A stretch of DNA of 64,000 bases from Mustelus asterias. Lineage: Eukaryota. The notes beneath the pieces are model-generated. The model had not been told where the DNA came from, searched no databases, and saw nothing but the letters and a program-made list of their open reading frames with translations. Shown here piece after piece: positions 34,974 through 46,429 of the stretch (its first letter is position 1; every line of letters starts with the position of its first letter). The DNA is taken from positions 74,462,001 through 74,526,000 of the forward strand of contig NC_135808.1 of assembly GCF_964213995.1 (NCBI RefSeq). The letters run 5' to 3'. A program made the position numbers and the translations under genes.

Positions 34974-35228
34974 TGCCATGTATCCCACAGAATGTTGATG
35001 CTTACATGAACTGTGATGCTGGATATATGTCAGTCTCATGGGAGTTAAGTCAAGGTGCAATATCATACATTGCGACTGCTGAAGGAAGCAATGTACAACA
35101 ATGCAGCGCTAATGAAACCTTGTGTGACATCACTGAGCTGGACTGTGGAGAAACCTACACCATCACAGTTCGTGCACACGATGATTCATGTGACACTGCT
35201 GAAAGTCCGTCCATCACAAAGAAAACAG
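34974..35228 (+). CDS. FN3 exon C, repeat 3
   Basis: tttttgcag|TGCCATGT ... AAAACAG|gtaact; 255 nt. Confidence 0.93.
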
Positions 35229-35429
35229 GTAACTAAAGAGAAGAGGATTTTTCCATATCACGGATTGCTGCATCAATCTCACTAACCCTGATTTCTACAC
35301 TGTCCAAATACTGTTCTCTAGAAAAACTCACAAATACATTTGCACAAAGATTTCAATTAGATTTTAATTTCACAAAGATAACCAACTTCTGGTCAAGTGC
35401 TCGTCATCTGCTCTTTTCATTCTTTTCAG

Positions 35430-35690
35430 CATCATGCATCCCACAGAATCTCGATGTCCAGCTGGATTGTAACACAAACGATGCTTCTGTGTCCTGGGGC
35501 CACACTAAAGGTGCAGTGTCGTACTCTGCAACAGCAGAGGGAGGTGATGGGCACACAGTATCATGTGATACAGCCAACAGACAGTGTCAAATAGCCAATC
35601 TACACTGTGGACAGATGTACAATTTAACTCTGACAGCACTGGATGGTGTATGTGACACTTCACAAAGCTCTCATTTTGAGTTCAGCACTG
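35430..35690 (+). CDS. FN3 exon D, repeat 3
   Basis: cttttcag|CATCATGC ... AGCACTG|gtaagt; 261 nt. Confidence 0.93.
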
Positions 35691-36420
35691 GTAAGTCTTT
35701 TGCATGGAATCGGGTGGTTCAAAACTGGTAGATCTGATTCCCACACAGCTTGATTTATATCGAGTATTCCACATAATAAAACATCCCAAAGAAGAATATG
35801 GATATTGAAAAGGACTTGGGAGTAGTTGAATGAAGATAAGGCCCCCAAACTGAATTTTAAGGAATGTTTTTGACAGGCAGAGAGGTAATAACTCAAAATT
35901 AATTCCTCACAGCATGTCCCTGATGGTTGAAGACTCAGTCCTCAGTGGGGCTATGGAAAATGAGGGTGACCAGGGGGCTGAGATAGGAACAAGCAAAATG
36001 ATCCAGAATTAGAAGGACCTGTGCTGAAAATTGAGATGAAGGGTTAGAAATGTTTGCTGAAAAAGGATAATCCCAGTGGAAGGATTTTAACTCAAAAGAA
36101 AGTCTGTCAGTTATATAATGTCCTCCAAACCCTCAATGTATCAAAGCACTTTACAACCAATGAAGTGTGTTTGCATTATTGTCACTGATGTACTATAGGA
36201 ATTGCTTTTGGGATTGGAGGATTGGGATGACAGGAGTTCTGTGTGAGATGTTGTCTCATAAGATGGGACACAGGATGGCCTTGCGGAGAGTGGTGTCAAA
36301 GTCAATTATATGCTTCTTAGAAGGTTGCTACTTAAGTAAAATTGTTTGGATACAACATTGGGCTCCACAGCACCCCTACCTTTGATGATGTTGGTACCAT
36401 TTTTAGCCCCAAAATGCTAT

Positions 36421-36588
36421 TCATAGAATCATAGAATCCTACAGTGCAGAAGGAGGCCATTCGGCCGATCGAGTCTACACCAACCACAATCCCGCCCAGT
36501 CCCTATCCCCATAGCCCCTTGCACTAACTGATCCCTCTGACACTAAGGGCCAATTTAGCAAGGCCAATCTACCTAACCCACACATCTT
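36421..36588 (-). mobile_element. 5'-truncated V-SINE
   Basis: CATAGAATCATAGAATCCTACAGTGCAGAAGGAGGCC tail on the plus strand. Confidence 0.85.
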
Positions 36589-36908
36589 TATTCATGCCAT
36601 GCACACAGATATCCCCACCAAACATGCTCTTTGAGAGGGCATTAGTACAGATATTTGGAGCATGTGCCAAGCACATAGAGTAGGCAGCACATGATGTCAG
36701 TCAGTGTGTAACAGTGATTTAAAGCTAGTGCTGCCATTCCAGCTAATAACAAATCTTCAACTCATTCAGCACTCAGCCAGAGGAATGACCATCCCCTTCC
36801 CCACCAGTACTCCTTAACATCATCATCAACAACCCTTTGACTAGTTGCTGATTAATTTATACTGGCAATGTTTTAGTTTGTCAAAAAGCTTCATGGATTC
36901 CAGACTTA

Positions 36909-37265
36909 GAACCATAGAAAATTACAGCTCAGAAACAGGCCTTTTGGCCCTTCTTGTCTGTGCCGAACCATTTTATGCCTAGTCCCACTGACCTGCACTT
37001 GGACCATATCCCTCCACACCCCTCTCATCCATGAACCCGTCCAAGTTTTTCTTAAATGTTAAAAGTGACCCCGCATTTACCACTTTATCCGGCAGCTCAT
37101 TCCACACTCCCACCACTCTCTGCGTGAAGAAGCCCCCCTTAATATTCCCTTTAAACTTTTCTCCTTTCACCCTTAACCTATGCCCTCTGGTTTTTTTCTC
37201 CCCTAGCCTCAGCGGAAAAAGCCTGCTTGCATTCACTCTATCTATACCCATCAAAATCTTATACT
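36909..37265 (-). mobile_element. CR1 3' end
   Basis: MGIDRVNASRLFP...FFTQRVVGVWNELP ORF2 C-terminus plus 3' UTR. Confidence 0.9.
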
Positions 37266-38079
37266 TGTTTAAAGTTTTGGCATCGACAGCAAGTGATGCA
37301 ATGTGGTTTTGATTTAAAGAGTTCGGTCAGACCATTTTCTCCCAGTCAAGGGTGCTGTTGTTACCTTTAGTCCACACAATGTAAGGGAGATAGAGCAAAA
37401 TCAGCTCAGAAAAGGAAAGATGCTCATCAAGGGAAGAGGAGGAAGGATAGAAGTGCACTCGGCAGGAGACCAACTACACTTAGAGTCTTCGGCGAGCATT
37501 TCTTTTAACTCAAGCTCAACCAGGAGCAGTGTGTCTGCATTATAAGAAGGAGACATTCACGGAACTCTACCAGCGCTGGTAACCAGAGCTGCAGTGTCAG
37601 ATCCAGACAGAGTGGCACTGTCAGTGACTGTGAATTTGAATGTGTCCAGATCCACCAGGCTGGAGCAGGGGACATCTGTAACATGTCTCAGTTCACCATC
37701 TACTGCAGGATAAGAGAGGTGATTAACACTCTTTATGCAAGGGGAGGGAGTTCACTGTGTCCTCTCTGACCAGAGAAAAGCAGATGATGCATGTACACGG
37801 CTTTGCCAGGACAGTGGGTTTTTCCCCGTGCTGTAGGGTACCAAGTGTGAGATGTGGGTGTGAGGCGTGCAGCAGTGTGAGGGTGAGGTGAGGCTATGAA
37901 TGTGAGGTCTGCACTGTGTTTGATAATGATTGTTGGCACCTGTTGAACGGGGGTGTGCTGAATAGAGTGATGTGTGAGGCTCATGGTTCATTTCTAAGCG
38001 TTATAGCTTGCCAAATATTAGTTCATCCAATCTTGGCATGTGCAAGTTACATACCAAGAAAATAAATAAGACTCAAGTA

Positions 38080-38420
38080 ATCTGAAGATGGGCCACACAA
38101 TTCTGCACGAATCAGTATGGGAAATACACCAGCGTCACATCCTTGATTAAAGATTTGGAATGGGAATCACTACACAAAGGAGGAAGCAAATTCCATGATC
38201 TATAAAATGTGCAATGGACTGGTGGGAATTGATAGAAACAAGTAGTCGGAGCCCTCTGGCAACAACAAAGCATGAGGTAGCCTTCCAACAAACCACAAAG
38301 ACCATTGTTTCCAAGACAGTGCATCAGCAATCCTTCTTCCCAAGAACAATCCGACACTGGAATAAGATGCCAAAGGAAATATCACTGGAAATCTCCAAGA
38401 CCCATCTTTAGATTATTTCC
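38080..38420 (+). mobile_element. Decayed LINE RT C-terminal fragment (related inverted piece at ~38870-38990)
   Basis: YGKYTSVTSLIKDLEWESL ... IYKMCNGLVGID ... QQSFFPRTIRHWNKMP. Confidence 0.6.
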
Positions 38421-39189
38421 ATTTTAAAGATTTTATTGTCAGGCCTACCATCTCAGCAGGTCACACCTGATTTAACTCGTGCTGCCCACAGAAATGTTAG
38501 CAAAACGCAGATATTAATCTGTGACAGCGACATTGGAAAAGCAGAAGAAGGATAAGATATATGAGAATGTATTCGCTGACCTTGACTGCTCATAAAGGGA
38601 AGAGGAGGAAGGATAGAAGTGCTCCTGGCACTGTTTCTACTTCATTGGACCTAGACTGCTGGCATTGACTCTCATGGTTACCGGCTCCCACTGCTTTCCA
38701 GTCTGGACTGCCACATGGCTCAATGGAATAGGATCTTTCTGTCCACTTGTTGCACCAAAGACTATCGTGCTGCATCATAGCACACAGGAGCATACTGTCT
38801 TGGAAACAAGTGGTCTTTGTAGTTTGGATGTAGTGTGAATGACTACATGTTCTGACATTGCTGGAGCACATTCAGTCTATTTTTTCTCCCTGTGCTGTGG
38901 TGATTTCCATTCCAAAGTCTTTGGTAAAGGATGTGACATTAGTATATTTCCCATACTATTTTATGCAGAATCACGCAGCATGTCTTTGGATCGCTTCATC
39001 ATTATGTATGTCTCTTGGCATTTGAAGATCGCATGTACAACTTGCACACTCTTGTGCCTCCTGAACATTTCCACTCCTCCAGCTCTGAGATGGTCTGTAA
39101 CCACTTCCTGCACATGTTGGAAACAACTATGGAAATAGGCACCAGAATTGAATGTCATTCTAATTGCTAAAGGTCTAATTTCCAGCCTG

Positions 39190-39480
39190 TGGAGATCTTG
39201 TGGTGCCGTGAGTAACCTCCCTGCCTCTGGGGCAGAAGCTTTGGGTTCAAGTCCCACTCAGGGTTTGAAGATCAAGGAAGGTGTATTGATAATACTGCCA
39301 AACAGGTTGAATATCACCTTATAAACCCTTCCAACATGCACCAATGGTAGGTGATAAGAATTGGAAAGATTCCTGGTCAGCCACGTGATAGAAAGAAATT
39401 GGAATCTCTACCATCACTATTCATAGCTCCAGGTTACAATATGTATGTCAAAGTTTATGTTGCCACAGCAACTCAGGCTC
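39190..39480 (+). mobile_element. tRNA-derived SINE (third family)
   Basis: TGGTGCCGTGAG A-box-like and GGGTTCAAGTCC B box; 3' boundary uncertain. Confidence 0.45.
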
Positions 39481-39867
39481 CTTGGAGGTGTGGGCTGGGG
39501 AGGGTGGTTGGTGTTGGCGATGGTTCCATTGGCTGGATAGCCATTGTGAATCAGATAGGTGCCAACAGCATGGGATTTAATCCCCCTTTCTGGCTGGGTG
39601 GATTTGAGACCTGCCTCTGGGGTGGAGGTTGAGGCACTTTGGGTTGAATCTGCCTTTGGGCCGGGAACTCAAGAAGATGAATATCTTCCCAGTTGAATTC
39701 ACTCACCAAGGTAAGAGTTGAAAATCTACTCCTGTTCTCCCTAGAGACCAGTGTAACTTTGAAAAAAAAGAATGGTATGCACTTGTATAGTGCCATTCAC
39801 GACCACTGGACATCCCAAAGTACTTTACAATCAATGAAGTACCTTTGAGGTGTGATCACTGTAGTAA

Positions 39868-40088
39868 TGAAAGTCGCCAAAGTCCCAGAGGACATAAGGC
39901 TGCTCTGCCCCCTTTTTGGGGGGGGAGAGCTGACTGGTGGTGATTTAACCTGAGGGTCACCATGCCTTAGATGAGGAGCAAGGTTGAGAAGGTGGACCTT
40001 CATGAATATCCTCAGCCAGTATGGGAATTGAACCTGTGCTGTTGGCCCCACTCACATCACGAGTCAACTGAGCTAAACCGATCCCCAC
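39868..40088 (-). mobile_element. tRNA-derived SINE (second family), 12-bp TSD
   Basis: TCACTGTAGTAA at 39856-39867 and 40089-40100; homologous to 16998-17231. Confidence 0.8.
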
Positions 40089-40240
40089 TCACTGTAGTAA
40101 CATAGGAAACATGACGGTTAATTTGTGCACTACAAGCTCCCACAAACAGCAATGGCCACATCATCTGTTTTTGTGATAAATATTGGCCGGGGATAATTCC
40201 GCCAGTCTTCAAAATCATACCATGGCATATTTTACATCCA

Positions 40241-40334
40241 GTAAGAAGTCTAACACCAGGTTAAAGTCCAACAGATTTATTTGGTAGCAAAAGCCACTAG
40301 CTTTCGGAGCAGGCTGTCCCTTCGTCAGGTGGGT
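40241..40334 (-). mobile_element. Penelope-derived mini-insertion, 14-bp TSD
   Basis: ATATTTTACATCCA at 40227-40240 and 40335-40348. Confidence 0.82.
40294..40332 (-). ncRNA. Minimal hammerhead ribozyme motif
   Basis: ccac CUGACGA a gggacagccugcucc GAAA gcua gugg; stem II has one mismatch. Confidence 0.6.
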
Positions 40335-40750
40335 ATATTTTACATCCACCAGGGAGTGCAGACAGGGTCTTGGTTTAATATCACCCAAAAGACAGAACCT
40401 CTGACAGTACTACACTCCCACAGTACAACCCAGATTGTTGACTTAACTCATGGAGTAGATCTTGAAGCCACAGCCTTCTGACTCAGAATTCTCAATAAAA
40501 TCAACACAATCTTTGAGTGAAATAAAGCCATTTATTCTCAAAGGAGAAACCGTCTGTTTTAAAAAGAGCCAGGATTTTCCCTTGTAATTATACCAACAGG
40601 TACATTCAAATATGTTAGAGGGCTTTACTTATTCAAAGGAAATAACTGAGCAAATGAAACCGTGTTCAGAAGCACCAGTGTAATTACAGTGACAGTCTTG
40701 TAAATATTCCTTGCCCTCTCACAGCCAGTTTGTGTTTGTGTATTTCGCAG

Positions 40751-41011
40751 CCCCGTGTGCACCCCAATATATTGACACCAGCCTAAACTGTGTCACCAAG
40801 ACTACGACAGTGACATGGGAGGAGAGTGATGGTGCGCTGTGGTACATCACAACAGCAGAAGGACAAGATGGACATGTAACACTGTGCAATACAACAGAGA
40901 CAAGCTGTACGTTCATGGACCTGCACTGCAGTCAGACATATTTAATCACTGTCAAAGCACTGGATGGTTATTGTCAGAGCGTAAACACTTCTACTTTTGA
41001 AATTGAACCAG
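40751..41011 (+). CDS. FN3 exon E, repeat 3 (APCAPQYIDTSLNC...FEIEP)
   Basis: tatttcgcag|CCCCGTGT ... GAACCAG|gtaaag; 261 nt. Confidence 0.93.
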
Positions 41012-41359
41012 GTAAAGTTGCTAAAGAGGTTTTTGATGGCAGGAAAATGTTACACTGGCACAATTGCAAGGACTGTCGTGAGGTCTGAACTCTCAGAAGC
41101 TCATAGTGATAATTTGGGCAGTCATGTTACACTTGTTTTGCTCAGTCTGGTGACCCAATTCAACAGAGTTTGAATGATTTGATCCCCAGGTTTCCATCCA
41201 GTTAATAACCTGAATGTAATGACCACTGTGCTCTCTTTGTAGAATCTCCTTCCACTATGAGGCAGCCTCTCTAGAAATTTGTAAACTAAAGCCCAACTCA
41301 GAAATGACAGTCCATGTTGAATTCTGAATAGTTCCTGCACAGTTATTGAGGATCCTGTT

Positions 41360-41572
41360 CTAGAATCCCTACAATGCAGAAGGGGGCCATTCGGCCCATT
41401 GAGTCTGCACCAACCACAATCCCACCTAGTCCCTATTCCCGTAGCCCCATGTATTTACGTTGCTAGTCTCCCTGACACTAAGGGACAATTTAGCATGGCC
41501 AATCAGCCTAACCCGCACATCTTTGGACTGTGGGAAGAAACCGGAGCACCCGGAGGAAACCCACGCAGGCAC
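41360..41572 (-). mobile_element. 5'-truncated V-SINE; the same insertion is present at the paralogous site 63910-64000
   Basis: Same junction TGTTCTAGAATC(C/T)CTACA in both E-F introns. Confidence 0.85.
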
Positions 41573-41639
41573 AAACAGGTTTCTAAACAGTTTTGTGATG
41601 CTGTGAAATATTAAACTGGCCTAATAGCAAGTCCTGTAA

Positions 41640-44300
41640 GGAAATCTGAAGTCCAGGAAGGTCAGAGTGGTAATTTGGGAGATTATGATGACATTTGTTC
41701 TCACCGCTGTGGTAACCTTATTCATGATGTGGAGATGCCGGCGTTGGGTGGGTTTCTTACTTCTCACTGTCACCTTATTCAGCAGAGAGACTTTGAATAC
41801 TCAGATCACTGGGATTTCTACCCAGTTACTAAAATTATTTCCATCTTATCAATGAGACCCACTCCTGTTTGCTTCAATTTTTTTTCTGCTAAACTGCTGA
41901 TTGCCCAACTTTCCCTCCTGGTCCCGATGTTACCCAATATTGAATGCAGTTCCTTCTTTTGAGGTGTCATTCCTCTCTCTTGAAAATCTGCCGTCACCAC
42001 CCCACTCCTCGAAAAACCAACCCTAACCCCATTGTCCATGCAAATCGCTGTCCCATTGCCAGCCTGTCTTTCTTTCCAAGGCCTGTGAATGTGTTGTCAC
42101 CTCCCAAATCTGTTCCCCTCTTTCTTCGAGCTCGATATTTGAATCCTTCCAGTCAGGCCCCCTCCCATGTCAGTACTGAAACAACTCAAAAAGTCACAAA
42201 AGGAATCCTATGTGACTGTGACAAAGGTAAACTTGCCCTCTTTATCCTTCTCAACCTGTGTGCGGCCTTTGAACTGGTTGACCGCACTATCCTCCACCAA
42301 AGCCTCTCCACTGTTGACCAGCTGGCTGCAACTGCCCTCTCCTGGTTCCATTCTTATCTATCTAATTATAGCCAAGGGTCACTTGAAGTGGCTTCCCTTC
42401 CTACTCATGCATTGTTACCTCGAGTGTTCCCCAAGGATCCATCCCTGGCCCCCTCCTATTTCTCATGCACATGCTTCCCCTCACCAATATCATCTGAAAT
42501 TGCAGAGCTGGTTCTCACAAAAAGCTGATGGCATTCAATACTACCTCAACACCGCCTCAACACCGCCTCAACACCACCTCAACACCGCCTCAACACCACC
42601 TCAACACCACCTCAACACCACCTCAACACCACCTCAACATCGCCTCAACACCACCTCAACATCACCTCAACATCACCTCAACATCACCTCAACATCACCT
42701 CAACACTGCCTCAACACCACCTCAACACCACCTCAACACCACCTCAACACCACCTCAACATCGCCTCAACACCACCTCAACACGACCTCAACATCACCTC
42801 AACATCACCGCAACACCGCCTCAACACCGCCTCAACACTACCTCAACACCACCTCAACACCACCTCAACACCGCCTCAACATCGCCTCAACACCACCTCA
42901 ACATCACCTCAACATCACCTCAACACCACCTCAACACCGCCTCAACACCGCCTCAACACCGCCTCAACACCACCTCAACACTGCCTCAACACTGCCTCAA
43001 CACCACCTCAACATCGCCTCAACACCACCTCAACACCACCTCAACACCACCTCAACACCACCTCAACACTACCTCAACATCACCTCAACACCGCCTCAAT
43101 ACCGCCTCAACACCGCCTCAACACCACCTCAACACCACCTCAACACCACCCCAACACCACCTCAACACCACCTCAACACCACCTCAACATCACCTCAACA
43201 CCACCCCAACACCACCCCAACATCACCTCAACAGCACCCCAACACCGCCTCAACATCACCTCAACACCCCCCCAACACCACCTCAACACCGCTTCAACAC
43301 CGCCTCAACACCACCTCAACACCGCCTCAATACCACCTCAACACCACCTCAGCATCACCTCAGCACCGCCTCAACACCGCCTCAATACCACCTCAACACC
43401 ACCTCAGCACCGCCTCAACACCGCCTCAACACCACCTCAACGCCACCTCAACGCCACCTCAGCACCACCTCAGCACCACCATTCCTGACTCCTCCATCTT
43501 TTTAAAATTATCAAACTAATTATCCATCATCCCATACTGGATGAGCAAAAATGTCTTCCAATTAAATATTGGGAACAGCGAAGCCATTGTTTTCAGTCTC
43601 TGCTTCAAACTGTCTCTTAGAGACCAACTTTATCTTTTACTCGGCAAAAATCTGGGATTAATCCAGTCTGTTCACAGCCTGGGTGTAACATTTGACCCTG
43701 CGATAAGCTTCCAACCTCATATTTATGCCAGCACTAAGATTTGGAACATCCCCCTGTCCTCAGTTGATATGCTCCTGGAACCCTCATTCATGCTTCCATT
43801 ACCTCTTGACATGCATGCCCACCATAAACGTGAAATTATCCAAACTCTGCTGCTGTGTCTTAGCTGCTGCTCTATCACTCCTGTGCTCACTAACCTCCAC
43901 TGGCACTCATCAAGCAACATCTTGATTTTTAAATTCTCATTTTCAAAGTGCTGTATGATCTTGTCCCTTGCTATCTCTATATAATTTCTTCTAGCCCTAC
44001 AACCCTTCAAGATATCTGCGCGCCTCTAATTCTGGCCCCTTTTGCATACCCAATTTTAATCACTCCACCATTGACGGCTGTGCCTTCAGTTGCCTCGGCC
44101 CTTGGCTCCATAATATCCTCCTTAAATCTCTCTGCCTGTCTATTTCACATTCTTCCTTTAAGACGGTCTCCTTGTCCAAGCATTGGGTCATCCTTAGATT
44201 GCTCAGTGTCATGCTTAAATTTATAATGCTCCTGAGAAGTGTCTTAAAAGATGATATTTTGCCAAAAGTGCTATTTACATATAAGTCATTGTTATTGTAA
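41640..44300 (+). mobile_element. Decayed L2-like LINE containing a minisatellite
   Basis: ILLNLCAAFELVDRTIL, ALSWFHSYLSN, VPQGSI.GP, WMSKNVFQLNIGNSE, ITPVLTNLHW; tail GTGCTATTTACATATAAGTCATTGTTATTGT. Confidence 0.8.
42536..43480. repeat. 11-bp minisatellite (CAACACCACCT)n, about 85 units
   Basis: Directly visible; variants CAACACCGCCT, CAACATCACCT, CAGCACCACCT. Confidence 0.97.
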
Positions 44301-44344
44301 TATCGCTAATTCATGAATTCTCTTTTTTTTTCTCCTCACTGAAG

Positions 44345-44599
44345 TACCCTGTCCTCCTCAGAATGTACAAGCTGATATTGACACTCTCACTGCCTTTGTA
44401 ACGTGGGAGCCGAGTAATCTCACAGTGTCGTACGCTGTAACAGCAGAGGGGTGTGATGGACACATCGCCACCTGCGCCACATCGGAAACACACTGTGTAA
44501 TCCCAGATCTTCACTGCAGCCAAATATACAGCATCTCTGTACTGGCATTTGGTGAAAACTGTAGCAGCATCCAAAGCTCTAGTTATGACATTTGGACAG
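44345..44599 (+). CDS. FN3 exon F, repeat 3 (VPCPPQNVQADIDTLT...YDIWT)
   Basis: cactgaag|TACCCTGT ... TGGACAG|gtaata; 255 nt; lacks second Cys, gains a Cys in EGCDG. Confidence 0.85.
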
Positions 44600-45340
44600 G
44601 TAATATAGAAGGGCAAGATTTGGCTTTGTATTCAACCTTTCATCTCCTCAGAACATCTTAAAACACTTCACTATGAAAGATTTATTTCTGGAGTGTAGTC
44701 GATGTAGTATTGTTGGCAATCTGAGCAGCAAGGTCATAGCCATTGAATGTTAGCAAGCAATAATTCCCTCCTGAAGCAGTCCTCTGATCACCTTCAAAAA
44801 TATGCCGCGTCTGACCTGTTGGTTTAAGACTGTTCAGCTGTCTAGTTTCCCACAGGTGGGTGGGGTTAAAATTGACTATCAGTATTTAGAGTCCGTTACA
44901 GACACCCATTGAACTCACTCAATTGGCCAAAGTTTAGAAGTATCTACGATACAAATATCCTGAGTCCATACGCACGGATGCCACCCCCATTCAGTCTGTC
45001 CCACAAGAAGTTCCCCTAGACACTGTTTGCACTAGAAACAGCTAAAGCATCCTTCTATAAGTTTCTGGGATCATTGATGCAAAAGTTTAATATTCAGAGA
45101 AAACCTTTCTAGATTCTGTGATCAGACTGGGTAAAGGTTATAGTAACCCAAAGTCCTGAGCTGAAATTTGTTGGTCCCAATAAACAATATCTGGGTTGAA
45201 TCATCGCAATGTGGAATATAATGATGACTGTATTATCCAACTGGTTTAAGCTTAATGAGATGTTGCAAGCATCATCAGGCCAAGACAATTTCTCATATCA
45301 AACTCAGTGGATATTAATGTTTAAATTGCCTTTTACACAG

Positions 45341-45601
45341 CACCGTGTGCTCCAGATGAAATCATTGTGAATGTGGACTGTAATTCGAATAGAGTAGTAG
45401 CATCGTGGGGACGGACTGATGGAGCGATATTATACAATGTAACTGCAGAAGGCAGTGATGGACATACGCACTCTCACAACACAACAGAGACAAGCTATGA
45501 AATGCTGGATTTGCACTGTGGACAGACCTATAACGTAACAGTGACAACACTCCATTATAGCCGGAGTGGCTTCTCAAGCACTTCTGCCCAAATCCAAACT
45601 G
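45341..45601 (+). CDS. FN3 exon G, repeat 3
   Basis: ttttacacag|CACCGTGT ... CAAACTG|gtacta; 261 nt; 3 Cys. Confidence 0.88.
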
Positions 45602-45714
45602 GTACTACTATTATTCCTTAATTAATATCTAGAATGGAAATAAATTTAGATTTTTTTCTGTATGTTTACAAGACAGTGAAACTTGATTAATATTCATGTG
45701 TATTTTCTAAATAG

Positions 45715-45975
45715 CACCGTGTGTTCCTGAGAATCTAAAGGCTCAGCTGGATTGTCATTCGAACACAGTCTCCTTCTCGTGGGATGACACTGATGGAGCA
45801 AAGTTATACACTGTGATCGCCCAAGATAGTCAAAGAGTCGCAGCTTTATTCAACACCAGCGATACAAAGGCTCATATCCCACACCTGCAGTGTGGTGAAT
45901 ATTATACAATCTCTGTTCTAGCTACAGACAACATCTGCAAAAATCCTCAGGGTGCAATGGTGAATGTAGATTCAG
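45715..45975 (+). CDS. FN3 exon H, repeat 3
   Basis: ctaaatag|CACCGTGT ... GATTCAG|gtaatg; 261 nt. Confidence 0.92.
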
Positions 45976-46429
45976 GTAATGCCTCATTTCCATAAAGCAT
46001 TTTGTGACTTCGTAACAAGTAAAATCTTCTATTCCACAGGCAGTATTTTAAATGTGAACTTTTATGTTGCTATTTATATTCTTGTTTAATTGATCCCTCT
46101 ACATTGCGCTGGTTAAAATGTAGACTTACTATTATAGCATCCACAGCTTGAATTTCTGTCTTTGATGTCCTTGGTCTGACAAATCAGCAATAACATGCAG
46201 TTTGATTTTGTGTCCTCTTTAATCTAAAATGTTTTCACTGGTCAAATAAGCACACAGGTTGTTCTAGGTATTTCTGGATAATAGAGCCTTTTCCAAAGTT
46301 GCTTTCCTGGACCAGCAATATTTCCCCAAATTCTAAAGTTGCATCTTCTACCTCCATCTAATCTCACTGCCTCAATAAGAGAAATGAATATTATTAGTAG
46401 ATATACATATCTGGGCGAACATTATATTC

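Larger units (their letters stand above)
39775..40487 (-). mobile_element. DeuSINE (SacSINE1/AmnSINE-like) carrying two nested insertions
   Basis: Plus strand TTTTACATCCACC...GCAGACAGGGTCTTGGTTTAATATCACCCAAAAGACAG..CCTCTGACAGT matches my recollection of the Deu domain (reverse complement); tRNA-like head near 40450-40487. Confidence 0.65.

Noticed and set aside
415-41614. Recurrent short ORFs such as MVSTAASQLQGPGFDSRLGSLSVWSLHIL and MDCGRKPEHPEETHAD
   Set aside because: Translations of V-SINE copies on either strand, not a gene family.
42536-43480. CRISPR-like or telomeric array
   Set aside because: No unique spacers, no cas genes, vertebrate context; the unit is not TTAGGG.
42167-43519. 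450-aa and 325-aa ORFs of (NTTSTPPQHHL)n resembling mucin or His/Pro-rich proteins
   Set aside because: Artefact of an 11-bp tandem repeat lacking stops on the plus strand; it lies inside a decayed L2 element with no supporting splice sites or start context.
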